From: Methylophilaceae bacterium
GTDB taxonomy: Bacteria; Pseudomonadota; Gammaproteobacteria; Burkholderiales; Methylophilaceae
DNA: 64,000 nt
NCBI GenBank assembly: GCA_036479055.1
Contig: JAZGEZ010000026.1
Span: 11,024-75,023, forward strand
Reading direction: 5' to 3'
Shown here: one piece after another, positions 9,621 through 20,972 of the stretch
Numbering within the stretch: the stretch's first letter is position 1
Layout: each line of letters opens with the position of its first letter
Notes under the pieces: generated by a model
What the model was told of the DNA's origin: nothing
Seen by the model: only the letters and a program-made list of their open reading frames with translations
The model's database searches: none
Translations under genes and position numbers: made by a program

Positions 9621-11222
9621 ATGAAAATTGCAATCGCCCAATTTAACGCAATTGTTGGTGATATTACTGGCAATGCCGAAAAGATAATCAGTCTTGCACA
9701 AGAAGCTGAACAGCATGGCACCAATCTAATCGTTACGCCAGAACTCGCCTTATGTGGCTATCCGCCAGAAGATTTGTTATTCCGACAAGATTTCATTAAT
9801 GCGAATGAAAAAGCATTACATTTCATCGCACAATCTCTACCTGACATTACAACGATAGTTGGACACCCTCATAGGCAAAAAGGGCAATTATTTAATGCTG
9901 CAAGCGTATTGCAAAATGGCCAAGTTATTGCGACTTATCACAAGCAAGTGCTACCCAATTACAGCGTATTTGATGAAGAGCGCTACTTTACCCCCGGCAA
10001 TCAACCGCTAGTATTTTCACTACAAGGCATACAGTATGGCCTCATCATTTGTGCAGATGGCTGGGAGCCTGAAGCTGCTATGCAAGCTAAACTAGCTGGT
10101 GCAGAGTTTTTATTATCAATCAATGCTTCACCTTACCATATGGATAAACTTGATACCCGTTATCAGGTATTAGCAGATCGTACTAAAGAAACTGGACTAC
10201 CAATTATTTATACTAACCTTGTTGGTGGTCAAGACGAGCTCGTTTTCGATGGCGCTTCCTTCGTCCTTAATTCGCAAGGTGAAATTACGCACCAGCTCCC
10301 CTCTTTCGTAGAGTCTTTGAGCTATGTTGATATCAAAAATAAGCAACCTATCGCAACATCACTAATCCCTACATTAAGCATAGAAGCGATGGTCTACAAC
10401 GCGCTAAAACTGGGATTAGCTGACTACGTAAATAAAAATGATTTTCCTGGTGTCGTATTGGGTTTGTCAGGTGGTATTGATTCTGCGTTAACGCTTGCAG
10501 TCGCAATCGATGCCCTTGGTGCAGACCGAATAAAAGTGTTGATGATGTCTTCGCAATACACAGCCAATATGAGCGTAGATGATGCAGTCGAAATGGCTAT
10601 TCTTGTCGGAGTGGATTACAGTCTCATTCCAATTAAATCTTTATTTAAAGAATTTAAAAAAGCATTGTCAGAAGAGTTCAAAGGCCAGCCAGAAGACACG
10701 ACTGAGGAAAATCTACAAGCGCGTATTCGCGGTATGTTGCTGATGGCTTTATCTAATAAATTTGGCAGTATAGTACTGACGACAGGCAACAAATCAGAAA
10801 CGGCAGTGGGCTATAGCACGTTGTATGGCGACATGGCTGGGGGATTTTCTCTCTTAAAAGATGTACCAAAAACGCTTGTGTACAAACTGGCAAATTATCG
10901 AAATAGCCTCTCTTGTGTCATTCCCGAGCGCATTATTACGCGTCCTCCTAGTGCTGAGCTACGGGATGATCAAACAGATCAGGACAGCCTGCCACCCTAT
11001 GAAATACTAGATGCTATTATGCAAGCCTATGTTGAAGATGATTTAAGTCTAGATGCAATTGTACAGCTTGGTTATAGTGAAACGGATGTCAAACGTGTGA
11101 CAAGTTTAATTGATAGGAACGAATATAAGCGTAGACAGGCGCCCATTGGCGTTAGAATTACACAACGCGGATTTGGTAAAGACAGACGTTATCCAATTAC
11201 TTGTAATTTAAACTTTAATTAG
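9621..11222 (+). CDS. nadE: Glutamine-dependent NAD+ synthetase
   Basis: 533 aa. N-terminal CN-hydrolase domain (MKIAIAQ..., VTPELALCGYPPEDL) plus a C-terminal PP-loop domain (GLSGGIDSAL). Confidence 0.9.
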   Translation: MKIAIAQFNAIVGDITGNAEKIISLAQEAEQHGTNLIVTPELALCGYPPEDLLFRQDFINANEKALHFIAQSLPDITTIVGHPHRQKGQLFNAASVLQNGQVIATYHKQVLPNYSVFDEERYFTPGNQPLVFSLQGIQYGLIICADGWEPEAAMQAKLAGAEFLLSINASPYHMDKLDTRYQVLADRTKETGLPIIYTNLVGGQDELVFDGASFVLNSQGEITHQLPSFVESLSYVDIKNKQPIATSLIPTLSIEAMVYNALKLGLADYVNKNDFPGVVLGLSGGIDSALTLAVAIDALGADRIKVLMMSSQYTANMSVDDAVEMAILVGVDYSLIPIKSLFKEFKKALSEEFKGQPEDTTEENLQARIRGMLLMALSNKFGSIVLTTGNKSETAVGYSTLYGDMAGGFSLLKDVPKTLVYKLANYRNSLSCVIPERIITRPPSAELRDDQTDQDSLPPYEILDAIMQAYVEDDLSLDAIVQLGYSETDVKRVTSLIDRNEYKRRQAPIGVRITQRGFGKDRRYPITCNLNFN

Positions 11223-11238
11223 TAGTACAATTTAATGA

Positions 11239-11598
<360 letters not shown>

Positions 11599-11619
11599 TC
11601 ACATTCAGAAAAGTTAGCG

Positions 11620-12378
11620 TTAGCTTTTGTCGGTCATTTTCTCGGTAAAAATACTTCGCACATAATCTAGGTCTTCTTGTGTGTCTACGCCAGATGCCGG
11701 CGCTGCATCTGTCACAGAAACAGCTATTTTATAACCGTGATGCAATACTCTTAACTGCTCTAAACTTTCAATCTTTTCTAAGCTGGTCACACTCAGCTCA
11801 GTATATTTTTTAAGAAACCCTACACGGTAGGCATATATCCCAATATGACGATGCGCTTTAATCTTTTTCTTATCAATATCATCACGCGGATATGGGATGG
11901 GTGAACGGCTGAAATAGAGTGCGTTGCCATCGATATCCATCACCAATTTAACTACATTAGGGTTTAGCATCGAAGCTTCATCATTGATGGCATGACAGGC
12001 TGTCGCCATTACAGCGTCTTTGCTATGCGCTAGTGTAAGTGCCACTTCTTGAATGAGTGCTGGATCTATCAGCGGCTCATCCCCCTGTACGTTCACAACA
12101 ATCTCATCATCAGCCCAATTTAAATTTTGCGCCACTTCTGCAATTCGGTCAGTACCTGACACATGGTCTACGCTCGTTAAGACAGCCTCAATATTATTGT
12201 CTCGTGCGACTTGTATGATTTTTTCAAAATCAGTTGCTATCACCACCCGTATAGCACCACTTTTATTTGCCTGTTCAGCCACTCTTATCACCATAGGCTC
12301 GCCAGCAATATCTAGCAAAGGCTTGCCCGGCAAACGTGTGCTTGCGTAACGCGCTGGAATCACGACGTTAAAAGACAC
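11620..12378 (-). CDS. kdsB: 3-deoxy-manno-octulosonate cytidylyltransferase
   Basis: VIPARYASTRLPGKPL N-terminus and VNVQGDEPLI motif. Confidence 0.9.
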   Translation of the reverse strand: MSFNVVIPARYASTRLPGKPLLDIAGEPMVIRVAEQANKSGAIRVVIATDFEKIIQVARDNNIEAVLTSVDHVSGTDRIAEVAQNLNWADDEIVVNVQGDEPLIDPALIQEVALTLAHSKDAVMATACHAINDEASMLNPNVVKLVMDIDGNALYFSRSPIPYPRDDIDKKKIKAHRHIGIYAYRVGFLKKYTELSVTSLEKIESLEQLRVLHHGYKIAVSVTDAAPASGVDTQEDLDYVRSIFTEKMTDKS

Positions 12379-12560
12379 TATTCAACTTTCTCATCAGGGG
12401 TTAATTTACGTGCTTCCTCCTCCAACAACACAGGAATGCCATCACGTATTGGATAGGCTAAGCGTGCTGATTTTGAAATCAGCTCATTTTGATCTTTTTT
12501 ATAAACCAGCGGCCCTTTAGTAACAGGGCAAACTAATATTGCTAATAATTTTGCATCCAT
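12378..12560 (-). CDS. ycaR: Trm112/YcaR (UPF0434) family small protein
   Basis: 60 aa. [14 protein letters not shown] ... [11 protein letters not shown]. Conserved position between lpxK and kdsB. Confidence 0.8.
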   Translation of the reverse strand: MDAKLLAILVCPVTKGPLVYKKDQNELISKSARLAYPIRDGIPVLLEEEARKLTPDEKVE

Positions 12561-12564
12561 AATT

Positions 12565-13575
12565 CTAGCCTCTATTCATTGACCACTTCTTTAGCTTAGC
12601 AAGCAACATAGGTAGTAACGTAGCATCCATTTTAGCGTCAACTGGCAAAACCCAATGATGTTTTTTAGCAAAATGCTGGCATTTCACAGCATCTTTTTCG
12701 GTCATTATAAGCACTTCACATTCTATACCTTCTAAATCCTCAGCACTAAATGCGTGATGATCTTCAAAACGCAAGCTTTCAAAATCTAAACCCAAACTTT
12801 TTAAATAATTAAAAAATCGCCCTGGGTTACCAATCCCAGCTAATGCTTTAACACTTTTGTTTTTGAAATGCTCGCCCAAGACTTTTAATTTAGGATTAGT
12901 CAAATTATAAAACGCCCTCCCCTGCAGCTTCATTTCAAATGCGTTAGCAATTATTTTCTGACCATTGCAGATGATGGCATCTACGGTCTGTAAACGGCTT
13001 AAGGGTTCACGCAGCGGTCCAGCTGGCAACCTATATTCCGCAGCTGAGGTCTGTTCATCAACGACTGCTATTTCTATCGCGCGTTGCAAACGGTAATGCT
13101 GCAAACCATCATCACTAATAATGATGTCACATGCAGGATTCGCTTCAAGTAATGCTTTTCCGGCATCCACTCGATTTGCACCTATCCAAACTGGGCAATC
13201 AGTTCGCTTTGCAATTAGTAATGGCTCATCTCCAACATCTGTTGCCAAACTTGATGGTTTGGCTTCTATTGGTTCAACACGCTGCGTTCCATATCCACGG
13301 CTAATAACACCAGGGTTATAGCCACTTTTTTTAAGCTGTTTGGCCAACCATATAACAACAGGCGTTTTACCACTACCACCCATATTAATATTGCCGACTA
13401 CGATTACCGGGGCTGATAATTTATGTGAGCGTAACAAACCATATTTGTAACAATTACGGCGCACTGATACAACGAAAGAAAATAGCCATGATACTGGAAT
13501 CAAAACAAGATAAAAAAGTGCATTTTTATGCTGCCATGCACGTAGTATTAGCTCATGTACGCTATGCTTTAACAT
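12565..13575 (-). CDS. lpxK: Tetraacyldisaccharide 4'-kinase
   Basis: P-loop [13 protein letters not shown] and SRGYG motif. Lies in the msbA-lpxK-ycaR-kdsB context. Confidence 0.9.
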   Translation of the reverse strand: MLKHSVHELILRAWQHKNALFYLVLIPVSWLFSFVVSVRRNCYKYGLLRSHKLSAPVIVVGNINMGGSGKTPVVIWLAKQLKKSGYNPGVISRGYGTQRVEPIEAKPSSLATDVGDEPLLIAKRTDCPVWIGANRVDAGKALLEANPACDIIISDDGLQHYRLQRAIEIAVVDEQTSAAEYRLPAGPLREPLSRLQTVDAIICNGQKIIANAFEMKLQGRAFYNLTNPKLKVLGEHFKNKSVKALAGIGNPGRFFNYLKSLGLDFESLRFEDHHAFSAEDLEGIECEVLIMTEKDAVKCQHFAKKHHWVLPVDAKMDATLLPMLLAKLKKWSMNRG

Positions 13576-15333
13576 CTATTCGCTAAATTCTTTTTGGTAT
13601 AGCTTTGTATAGTAGCCTTTCGCTGCTAATAGTTGTTTATGCGTTCCTGATTCAACGATCTTACCTTTATCCATGACCAATATTCTATCGGCATTCTCAA
13701 CAGTACTGAGTCGATGCGCAATCACTAAACTAGTACGCTTTTGCATCAAGGCGTCTAAGGCAGCTTGTACATGCTGTTCAGATTCTGTATCGAGTGCTGA
13801 AGTTGCTTCATCCAATAGTAAAATAGGAGCATCTTTTAAGATGGCACGCGCAATCGCAATACGTTGGCGTTGCCCGCCAGAAAGTCGAACGCCTCTATCA
13901 CCTATTTCATTTTGCAAGCCTTGTGGCATCTGTTGAATAAACTCCCAAGCATTAGCCGCTTTAGCAGCACGTATCACATCTTCCTCACTGGTCTCTCTTA
14001 GAACACCATAAGCAATATTGTTAAAGATAGTGTCATTGAATAAAATGATGTCTTGGCTCACTAAGGAGAATTGTGCGCGCAACACTTTAAGTGGTAATGC
14101 ACGTACATCCATGCCATCCAGCAGGATTAGTCCTTGTTGTAATTCATAAAACCGTGGTAACAGGTTAACCAAGGACGTTTTACCGCCACCGGAACGCCCG
14201 ACTAAAGCAATCTTCTCCCCTGGTTTCACCGTAAAGTTCAACGCATCCAACGCTAAACGTTTGGCATTCTCGTAACGCAAGCTTACATTTTTAAACTCTA
14301 TTTCGCCTTTTACCCTAGTGAGCGTACTCTCCCCCTCATCGCTTTCAATTGGCGCATCAATCACTTCAAACACACTCTGCGCCGCTGCTAAGCCTATTTG
14401 AAGGTCTTCATTTGCTGAAGTGATATGCTTAATCGGGGAAATCAACATTAATAAAGCACCAATAAATGCCGCAAACTCTCCCACGGAGAAACGGCCCAAG
14501 GCATAATAAACAACAAGTGCCAAAGCCAATGCAGCTAAGATTTCAATGACAAAACTGTTAAGGCCAGTAATCCTGGCAGAACGTAATTCCAACTCTCTAT
14601 TATTAATCACTACAGTCGAGAAACGTTCATGCTCGTAGTCTTGTGCACCAAATATTTTAACAATGCGTTGCCCTGAAAGTGCTTCTTCTGAAACCTTGGT
14701 CATTTCACCCACGGCCAATTGCACTTTTTTAGCTGTCGCACGTAATTTTGGCGTCGTTTTTCTTAAATACAAAATCATGAAAGGTGCTATCAATGCAAAT
14801 ATCAAGGTGAGGCGCCAATCAAGATACAGCATATAAGCAACCAAACCAATGACGGTTAATACGTCCCTTAAAACATTCATTGCTGTACGCGTACAGACGC
14901 TAGATAGCCTTTCAGCATCGTAAGTTAGTTTAGAGACCATGACACCTGTAGACTGCGCATCAAAAAAACTCACTGGCATATGCATTAATCGCCCAAAAGC
15001 TTCTCTTCTTAGCGTTGCCACTACTCGTCTGGCAATCCAGCGTATGCTATACATAGACACAAAACCAGCCAAGCCCCGTAATGCCATCAATGCAAACAAC
15101 ATCATTGGCAGCAGGAATTCAGAGCCGGAGGCTTGATCAACAAAGCCGTCATCCGTCACTCTTTTAATCAGCGCTAAAAAAGCAGTATTACTTAAGGCTA
15201 AAGCAGTTGTAGCAAAGATGGTGATAGCAAAAATGTACTTGTGTTTCCAAGCATAGCTGAAGATGCGCCAAAACAAAGCTTTGGCATTATGTACTTGTGG
15301 TAGGTCGTGTTTTTTACGCGAGCGTTTCGACAT
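13576..15333 (-). CDS. msbA: Lipid A export ABC transporter MsbA (fused permease/ATPase)
   Basis: 585 aa. Six-TM N-terminal half, Walker A GRSGGGKTS, signature LSGGQRQR. Immediately upstream of lpxK. Confidence 0.9.
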   Translation of the reverse strand: MSKRSRKKHDLPQVHNAKALFWRIFSYAWKHKYIFAITIFATTALALSNTAFLALIKRVTDDGFVDQASGSEFLLPMMLFALMALRGLAGFVSMYSIRWIARRVVATLRREAFGRLMHMPVSFFDAQSTGVMVSKLTYDAERLSSVCTRTAMNVLRDVLTVIGLVAYMLYLDWRLTLIFALIAPFMILYLRKTTPKLRATAKKVQLAVGEMTKVSEEALSGQRIVKIFGAQDYEHERFSTVVINNRELELRSARITGLNSFVIEILAALALALVVYYALGRFSVGEFAAFIGALLMLISPIKHITSANEDLQIGLAAAQSVFEVIDAPIESDEGESTLTRVKGEIEFKNVSLRYENAKRLALDALNFTVKPGEKIALVGRSGGGKTSLVNLLPRFYELQQGLILLDGMDVRALPLKVLRAQFSLVSQDIILFNDTIFNNIAYGVLRETSEEDVIRAAKAANAWEFIQQMPQGLQNEIGDRGVRLSGGQRQRIAIARAILKDAPILLLDEATSALDTESEQHVQAALDALMQKRTSLVIAHRLSTVENADRILVMDKGKIVESGTHKQLLAAKGYYTKLYQKEFSE

Positions 15334-15372
15334 GATTAATCCAGCAGAAACGGATCAATAAAGGGGTATTGT

Positions 15373-15792
15373 TTAATTGCTAGACCCTGCTTGAGTGGCA
15401 AAAGTAATATGCGTGTAGTTAGCAACACGAGCCGCCTCCATGACATTCACGACAGACTGATGCGTCGATTTAGCATCTGCATTAATAATAATTGTAGGGT
15501 CTTTACCATCCCCCACTGCCGCTTGTAATGCAGCGGCTATTTCTTCAACACTAGCGCCAGCTTCTTGTGCTTCAACCATATAGTGGCCTGATGCATCAAT
15601 ATCCACTGTAATAACCAGCGGCTTATCTTCAACTGTATTGGCTTCAGCTGTCGGCAAGTTAATTTGCAATTCACTCGTACGTGAAAAGGTTGCGTTAACA
15701 ATTAAAAAGATAATAATCACCAACAACACATCAATTAATGGAATAAAATTAATTTCAAGTTCTTCGTGATGTTTCCCACGTTGAAAATTCAT
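15373..15792 (-). CDS. exbD: ExbD/TolR family biopolymer transport protein
   Basis: 139 aa. INFIPLIDVLLVIIIFL TM signature. Lies downstream of exbB. Confidence 0.85.
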   Translation of the reverse strand: MNFQRGKHHEELEINFIPLIDVLLVIIIFLIVNATFSRTSELQINLPTAEANTVEDKPLVITVDIDASGHYMVEAQEAGASVEEIAAALQAAVGDGKDPTIIINADAKSTHQSVVNVMEAARVANYTHITFATQAGSSN

Positions 15793-15823
15793 TTCAATGT
15801 CCTTTTAAGCTCGGCCATCTGCA

Positions 15824-16426
15824 TTAACGTTCACCATGCAGAATTTCAACCAGCTTAATTGCTTGCTGCTCCATATCTAATAACAAGGCATCTACTTTAG
15901 TACGGAAATATCGATAAGCAATCATGGCTGGTACAGCGACAATAATACCTGCAGCCGTGTTGTACAATGCGACAGAAATGCCGCGGGCAAACTGGGCAAC
16001 ATCATGACCTGAATTTGTAAATGCGCCAAACAATTCGACCATCCCTATAACGGTGCCTAGCAAACCAAGCAAAGGCGCTACAGTGGCTATTGTACCTAGT
16101 GTAGATAGGTACTTTTCTAAATGATGTGCTACTGCACGGCCTGTTTCTTCAACCGCCTCCTTAGTCACCTCTCTTGAGTTTTTCTCATTCGCGAGTGCAC
16201 TAGAAAGAATTTGACCAAGCAAAGAATGTCCCTTAAGTTTGGTTAAACTCTCTTTACTGATAACCCCTTGACTCATCCATGTTTCAACATCTGTTAGCAG
16301 CGTGCTGGGTGCAACAATTTCGCTACGTAACGCCCAAAAACGCTCAACAATAATCGCTAATGCAATAATTGAAGCAATAATTAACGGCCAGATTGGCCAA
16401 CCCGCGGCTAAAATAATTTCCCACAC
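15824..16426 (-). CDS. exbB: MotA/TolQ/ExbB proton-channel protein
   Basis: 200 aa with 3 TM segments and the conserved LGLLGTVIGM block. Confidence 0.85.
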   Translation of the reverse strand: MWEIILAAGWPIWPLIIASIIALAIIVERFWALRSEIVAPSTLLTDVETWMSQGVISKESLTKLKGHSLLGQILSSALANEKNSREVTKEAVEETGRAVAHHLEKYLSTLGTIATVAPLLGLLGTVIGMVELFGAFTNSGHDVAQFARGISVALYNTAAGIIVAVPAMIAYRYFRTKVDALLLDMEQQAIKLVEILHGER

Positions 16427-16508
16427 AGTGGTAACTCCTTAATTAAATCTGTGAAAACTAAACTATCGATACTTTAGCTTAGAAGCGTGCTTTTGGGCAA
16501 GTTAGACT

Positions 16509-18890
16509 TCATAAATAATTGTCATGCCAATATTTTTTCTCAATCAAACGTTGTGTATTTACTTTAAGAGGTGTTCCTCGCATAAAGTCCAGCATCACTG
16601 CACCATGATAGTCTGAGCGATATAATAAAGAACCCGTACTTAGGTAGCGACTTAAAACAGGGGGCTTGGGATGTTTAAAACGATTTAAATAACCAACTGT
16701 AAAAATAGTGTGCTTAGCACCTACCGCCTTAACAAAACCCTCTGTTGACGATGTCTTGCTCCCATGATGCGGCGCAATCAATACGTCGCTTCTGAGTTTA
16801 TATTTTTGCTTCTGTAGTAGCCATTGCTCAGCTTCTTTTTCAATGTCGCCTGTTAATAGCATCGTGCCTTGACGACTTGTCACTTTAATCACACAACTTC
16901 TATTATTGTCTTTAATATCAGGTACTTGGTAACTTTCTACATTGGGGTACAACACCTCAAACTTTACGGCATCCCAAACCCAACGCTGACCTGCATAACA
17001 CCTTAACTGTTTAGTCGTCGGTTTAGAAAATACAGGTGAATAATAGGATGATGCCACCCATTTAATAGGCACCTGATTCAGCAGTGATCCTGCACCCCCG
17101 TTATGATCATTATCATCGTGGCTTACAATCAGGGCATCCAAGTGTTGAATGCCTTGGCTACGCAGATAAGGCACAATCACTTTGCTGCTGGCATCGCTCT
17201 CTTGATTGTATTGCTGTCCTGTATCGTAAACCATCGTATGCGTGGCTGTTTTAACGACGACAGACAAACCTTGTCCAACATCCAGCACGGTGACTTTCAT
17301 TTCTCCATCCAACAACTTGGGTGGTGTCACAAATAGCATCGGCAATATCAGCACAAAGCCCAACCAACGCTGCGGTATACCACGCGGCAACAACAACCAA
17401 AGCACACCCAGCATGGCAAGTGCAATCGCCCAAGTTGGTGCTGCAGCTTGCTGCCATGTTGCGAACGGCAGACTTGCAAGCCAATTTAGTGCGCCCATAC
17501 ACAACTCAAGTACTTTTTGTGACGCGTGTAAAACAATGTCTACCGGCAATAATGCGCCTAAAATAGCCAATGGCACGACCAATAAGCTAATCACAGGAAT
17601 TGCAAACGCATTGGCTATAGGTGAAACAATAGACGCCTGCCCAAACATGAGCATTAAAAGTGGCAATAGCCCTAACGTAATAGACCACTGTGTATTCACT
17701 GCTTCTTTGAGCCAATGTCTAATTTTTAGCCGATTAGCAGTTGTATAAGCGATAAAAGCAACGGCAGAAAATGACAGCCAAAAACCTGGCGCGATGACGG
17801 CCCACGGGTCAAGTAACAACACCACCATTAGCGCAATCGCCAATACACGTGAGATAGGGACGTTACGACCCAGCAATAGTGCTAACGCAAAAGTACTTAG
17901 CATATATAAAGTACGCTGTGTCGGGATCGACAACCCCGCCAAACAGGCATAAAGTAATGCGATGAATGCAGCCCCTATCGTTGCGGCTTGTCGCGTAGGC
18001 ATGCGTAATGCTAAGCCTTGGTTGCGCCGCCAGGCAAAAGCAATGACGCTAAATGCTAATCCAGCCAACATGGTGATATGCAATCCCGAGATACTCATCA
18101 AGTGATTAGTGCCTGTACGTAAATATACATCCCAATCTTTGGTGGAAATCTGACTATCTTCACCGATGACTAAAGCGCGTATCACACCAGCATACTGCTT
18201 ATTACCAAGCACCTGCGTAATACGACGCCCAACACTTTCTCGGCAATATTCCACCACATAACTTGGTCGCCAAACAAAGTTTGACACTTTTTGCATGCCG
18301 CTTTTATGTCGAATAGACCCGGTTGCACGGATGTTATGTGAGAACGCCCATGCCTCGAAATCATATCCATGTGGATTATATGTAGTATGTGGGCGTTTAA
18401 GTCGCACGGTAAACCGCCAACGTTCTCCCGCTTTGAATGTTGAGGGTCTTAATCGTACGGATTGATCTATTTTAGCTGTCGACTTTTTCCAAAATTGACC
18501 TTGATAGTAATTCAGTGCGATATGCTTGGGGACTTGTGCATCATCGGTAATGACGCGTTCCACATCAAACCGAAAACGTTCGCCCCGCGCACTCACTTCA
18601 GGCATCGTTGCCACTACGCCAATCACCTCTATATTTTTTTTCTGCCATGCCTGAGGCAACGCATCATTTAAACGTGATGTAGCAAAAAGTGCCGCATAAC
18701 AATATCCAAACAATCCTGCTGTCATAAAAACAGCGGAGAGCCGGCAATACCGGGGCAACTTAAAATGATGCAGCAACAAAACCGCAAGCAAGCTGACAGC
18801 AACAAATGGTAACCAATAGAGGGAAGGCAAGGATGATTGTTGCTGTAACAACCAAGCACCCATCACAAAGCCTAAAGCCATGAAAATCAT
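16509..18890 (-). CDS. comEC: DNA internalisation competence protein ComEC/Rec2
   Basis: 793 aa. Polytopic competence domain (GTNHLMSISGLH) plus a C-terminal metallo-beta-lactamase domain (VLDVGQGLS, SHDDNDHNGG). Confidence 0.85.
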   Translation of the reverse strand: MIFMALGFVMGAWLLQQQSSLPSLYWLPFVAVSLLAVLLLHHFKLPRYCRLSAVFMTAGLFGYCYAALFATSRLNDALPQAWQKKNIEVIGVVATMPEVSARGERFRFDVERVITDDAQVPKHIALNYYQGQFWKKSTAKIDQSVRLRPSTFKAGERWRFTVRLKRPHTTYNPHGYDFEAWAFSHNIRATGSIRHKSGMQKVSNFVWRPSYVVEYCRESVGRRITQVLGNKQYAGVIRALVIGEDSQISTKDWDVYLRTGTNHLMSISGLHITMLAGLAFSVIAFAWRRNQGLALRMPTRQAATIGAAFIALLYACLAGLSIPTQRTLYMLSTFALALLLGRNVPISRVLAIALMVVLLLDPWAVIAPGFWLSFSAVAFIAYTTANRLKIRHWLKEAVNTQWSITLGLLPLLMLMFGQASIVSPIANAFAIPVISLLVVPLAILGALLPVDIVLHASQKVLELCMGALNWLASLPFATWQQAAAPTWAIALAMLGVLWLLLPRGIPQRWLGFVLILPMLFVTPPKLLDGEMKVTVLDVGQGLSVVVKTATHTMVYDTGQQYNQESDASSKVIVPYLRSQGIQHLDALIVSHDDNDHNGGAGSLLNQVPIKWVASSYYSPVFSKPTTKQLRCYAGQRWVWDAVKFEVLYPNVESYQVPDIKDNNRSCVIKVTSRQGTMLLTGDIEKEAEQWLLQKQKYKLRSDVLIAPHHGSKTSSTEGFVKAVGAKHTIFTVGYLNRFKHPKPPVLSRYLSTGSLLYRSDYHGAVMLDFMRGTPLKVNTQRLIEKKYWHDNYL

Positions 18891-18940
18891 ATGTTTTTTT
18901 ACTTTTACTGCCGTTTTTAGTGGTTATTTATTGCAGCTCT

Positions 18941-19615
18941 TTAAGAAAACGCGACCAACTTTCCATCTTCCAGCTTGTATTGCCTTTGCATTTTACTAGC
19001 CAAAGTCAAATCATGCGTCACAACAATCAAACTAGTATTCAACACTGAATTAATTTCAATTAACAAATCAAAGACTTGATTAGCAGTGACTCTATCTAAA
19101 TTACCCGTCGGCTCATCGGCTAATATGCAGTCAGGTTCAGTCACCAATGCACGCGCTAAAGCCACACGTTGGCGCTCACCACCAGAAAGCTCGCTTGGCA
19201 TGTGCTCTACACGATGTGACATACCCACCTTATCTAACACCGCCTTTGCTGTGGTCAAAGCCAGCTCTCTTTCTACACGACGGATAAGTAACGGCATTGC
19301 GACATTTTCTATGGCAGTGAATTCTGGCAATAAGTGATGAAACTGATAAACAAAGCCCAGCGAGTCATTACGCATTCGGCCTTTTCTTGCTTCTGATAAG
19401 CCACTTAAATTTTTACCTAGTAATTCAACATTACCACTAGTGGGGGTATCTAAGCCACCAAGCAAATGCAACAGTGTACTTTTGCCAGAACCTGAAGCAC
19501 CCACAATGGCAACTTGTTCACCTTTATCTACATTAAGATCTATGCCATTTAGCACAGCGACATCTAAACCTGTATATGTTTTGTTCAAACCTTCACAGCG
19601 GATAATACTACTCAT
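18941..19615 (-). CDS. lolD: Lipoprotein-releasing system ATP-binding protein LolD
   Basis: Walker [25 protein letters not shown]. 8-nt overlap with the upstream lolC-type permease. Confidence 0.9.
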   Translation of the reverse strand: MSSIIRCEGLNKTYTGLDVAVLNGIDLNVDKGEQVAIVGASGSGKSTLLHLLGGLDTPTSGNVELLGKNLSGLSEARKGRMRNDSLGFVYQFHHLLPEFTAIENVAMPLLIRRVERELALTTAKAVLDKVGMSHRVEHMPSELSGGERQRVALARALVTEPDCILADEPTGNLDRVTANQVFDLLIEINSVLNTSLIVVTHDLTLASKMQRQYKLEDGKLVAFS

Positions 19616-20891
19616 AACGCAAAGCCTCTGCTGGGTTGATTTTAGATGCTTTATAACTTGGGTATAAGGTGGCCAATAAACTTAAAACAACTGAAACAAC
19701 GACGATAGTAATCACATCACTCCATACCACTTTGGAAGGTAGCTCACTGATGTAATATACCTCCTTTGCCAAAAACTGTACTTGAAATAGGTTTTCAATA
19801 AAGGGAATAATCGTATCTATATTCAGCGCAATCACAATCCCGAAAAGCGCACCAAAGAAAGTGCCAATAATCCCGATAAGTGCGCCTTGAATAATAAATA
19901 TCTGCATGATGCTATGCGGGCTGGCACCTAGCGTACGCATAATAGCGATATCTGCGCGCTTATCTGTTACTGCCATGACCAAAGTGGAAACAATATTAAA
20001 TGCAGCAACAGCAACGATTAAGGTAAGGATAATAGACATAACGCGTTTTTCTAATTGCACAGCTTTAAAGAAATTAGCGTGCTGCTGCGTCCAGTCTGTA
20101 ATGTAATATGCGCCTAGCGGCATCAGTACTTTGCCTAATTCAGCTGTCATTGTCGGCGCATCAAACAGGTCATTAATCTTTAGACGCAGCCCTGATACTT
20201 TATCCCCCATACGATAAAGTTTAACTGCATCACCGATATGAATAAGTGCTAGGCCCGCATCATATTCATACATACCAATTTGAAACAAGCCAACCACTTT
20301 AAACTGCTTAATGCGTGGGACAACACCAGTCGGGGTAAATTGACCTTGCGGTGCCATCAACACGACCTTTTCACCCACATCAACACCAAGCGCATAAGCC
20401 AAGTCCGCACCCAAAATAATATTAAACGCACCTGGCTTAAGGTCGGCAAGCTGCCCTACTTTCATGTTGCTACCTAAGTCAGCAACTTTATCTTCTTCGA
20501 TAGGCAACACGCCGCGGACAATCGCCCCTTGTACGGCTTGCCCATAACTCAACATACCTTGCGCCATCACATATGGCGCACTGGCTTGTACATTAGGCTG
20601 TGCACTTACTTGACTAGCTAAATTCTGCCATTGTCCTAATCGGTTACTGTTTTCTGTAATTTCAATATGGGAAGCCACTCCAAGAATACGGCTACGTAAC
20701 TCAGCTTGAAAGCCATTCATGACTGAAAGTACAATAATGAGTGCGGCTACCCCTAGCGCAATACCCACCATACTCGTTAGGGAGATGAAAGAAATAAAAT
20801 GATTTTTACGTTTTGCTCGGGTGTAACGCAAACCGACAAAAAGTTCGTAAGGTAACCGCGCTTTTAAGAAAAAGTTGCTAAAAAATGACAT
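19608..20891 (-). CDS. lolC: Lipoprotein-releasing system permease LolC/LolE family
   Basis: 427 aa. [22 protein letters not shown]-terminus, with MacB-like periplasmic and FtsX domains. Confidence 0.85.
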   Translation of the reverse strand: MSFFSNFFLKARLPYELFVGLRYTRAKRKNHFISFISLTSMVGIALGVAALIIVLSVMNGFQAELRSRILGVASHIEITENSNRLGQWQNLASQVSAQPNVQASAPYVMAQGMLSYGQAVQGAIVRGVLPIEEDKVADLGSNMKVGQLADLKPGAFNIILGADLAYALGVDVGEKVVLMAPQGQFTPTGVVPRIKQFKVVGLFQIGMYEYDAGLALIHIGDAVKLYRMGDKVSGLRLKINDLFDAPTMTAELGKVLMPLGAYYITDWTQQHANFFKAVQLEKRVMSIILTLIVAVAAFNIVSTLVMAVTDKRADIAIMRTLGASPHSIMQIFIIQGALIGIIGTFFGALFGIVIALNIDTIIPFIENLFQVQFLAKEVYYISELPSKVVWSDVITIVVVSVVLSLLATLYPSYKASKINPAEALRYE

Positions 20892-20948
20892 TGCGAAATC
20901 TTAACAGCATATGCCAATAAGATTTCAATCGTTAAAAAATATTTTACA

Positions 20949-20972
20949 ACCACACCTTAAACCACACCTTAA
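20949..20972. repeat. Exact 12-bp tandem duplication (ACCACACCTTAA x2) over and just past the stop codon of the 20969-22612 CDS
   Basis: Read directly: 20949-20960 equals 20961-20972. Confidence 0.9.

Noticed and set aside
17242-17748. 168-aa plus-strand ORF and its neighbours at 17103-17566 and 18462-18671, all inside comEC
   Set aside because: They lie opposite the ComEC coding frame, and I see no RBS or recognisable motifs. The same reasoning applies to 5033-5446 (opposite serB), 8750-9187 (ankyrin), 30228-30617, 30694-31095, 36593-37090 (dynamin-like), 43718-44056 (nadC), 44879-45256 (ATPase) and 61386-61805 (protease).
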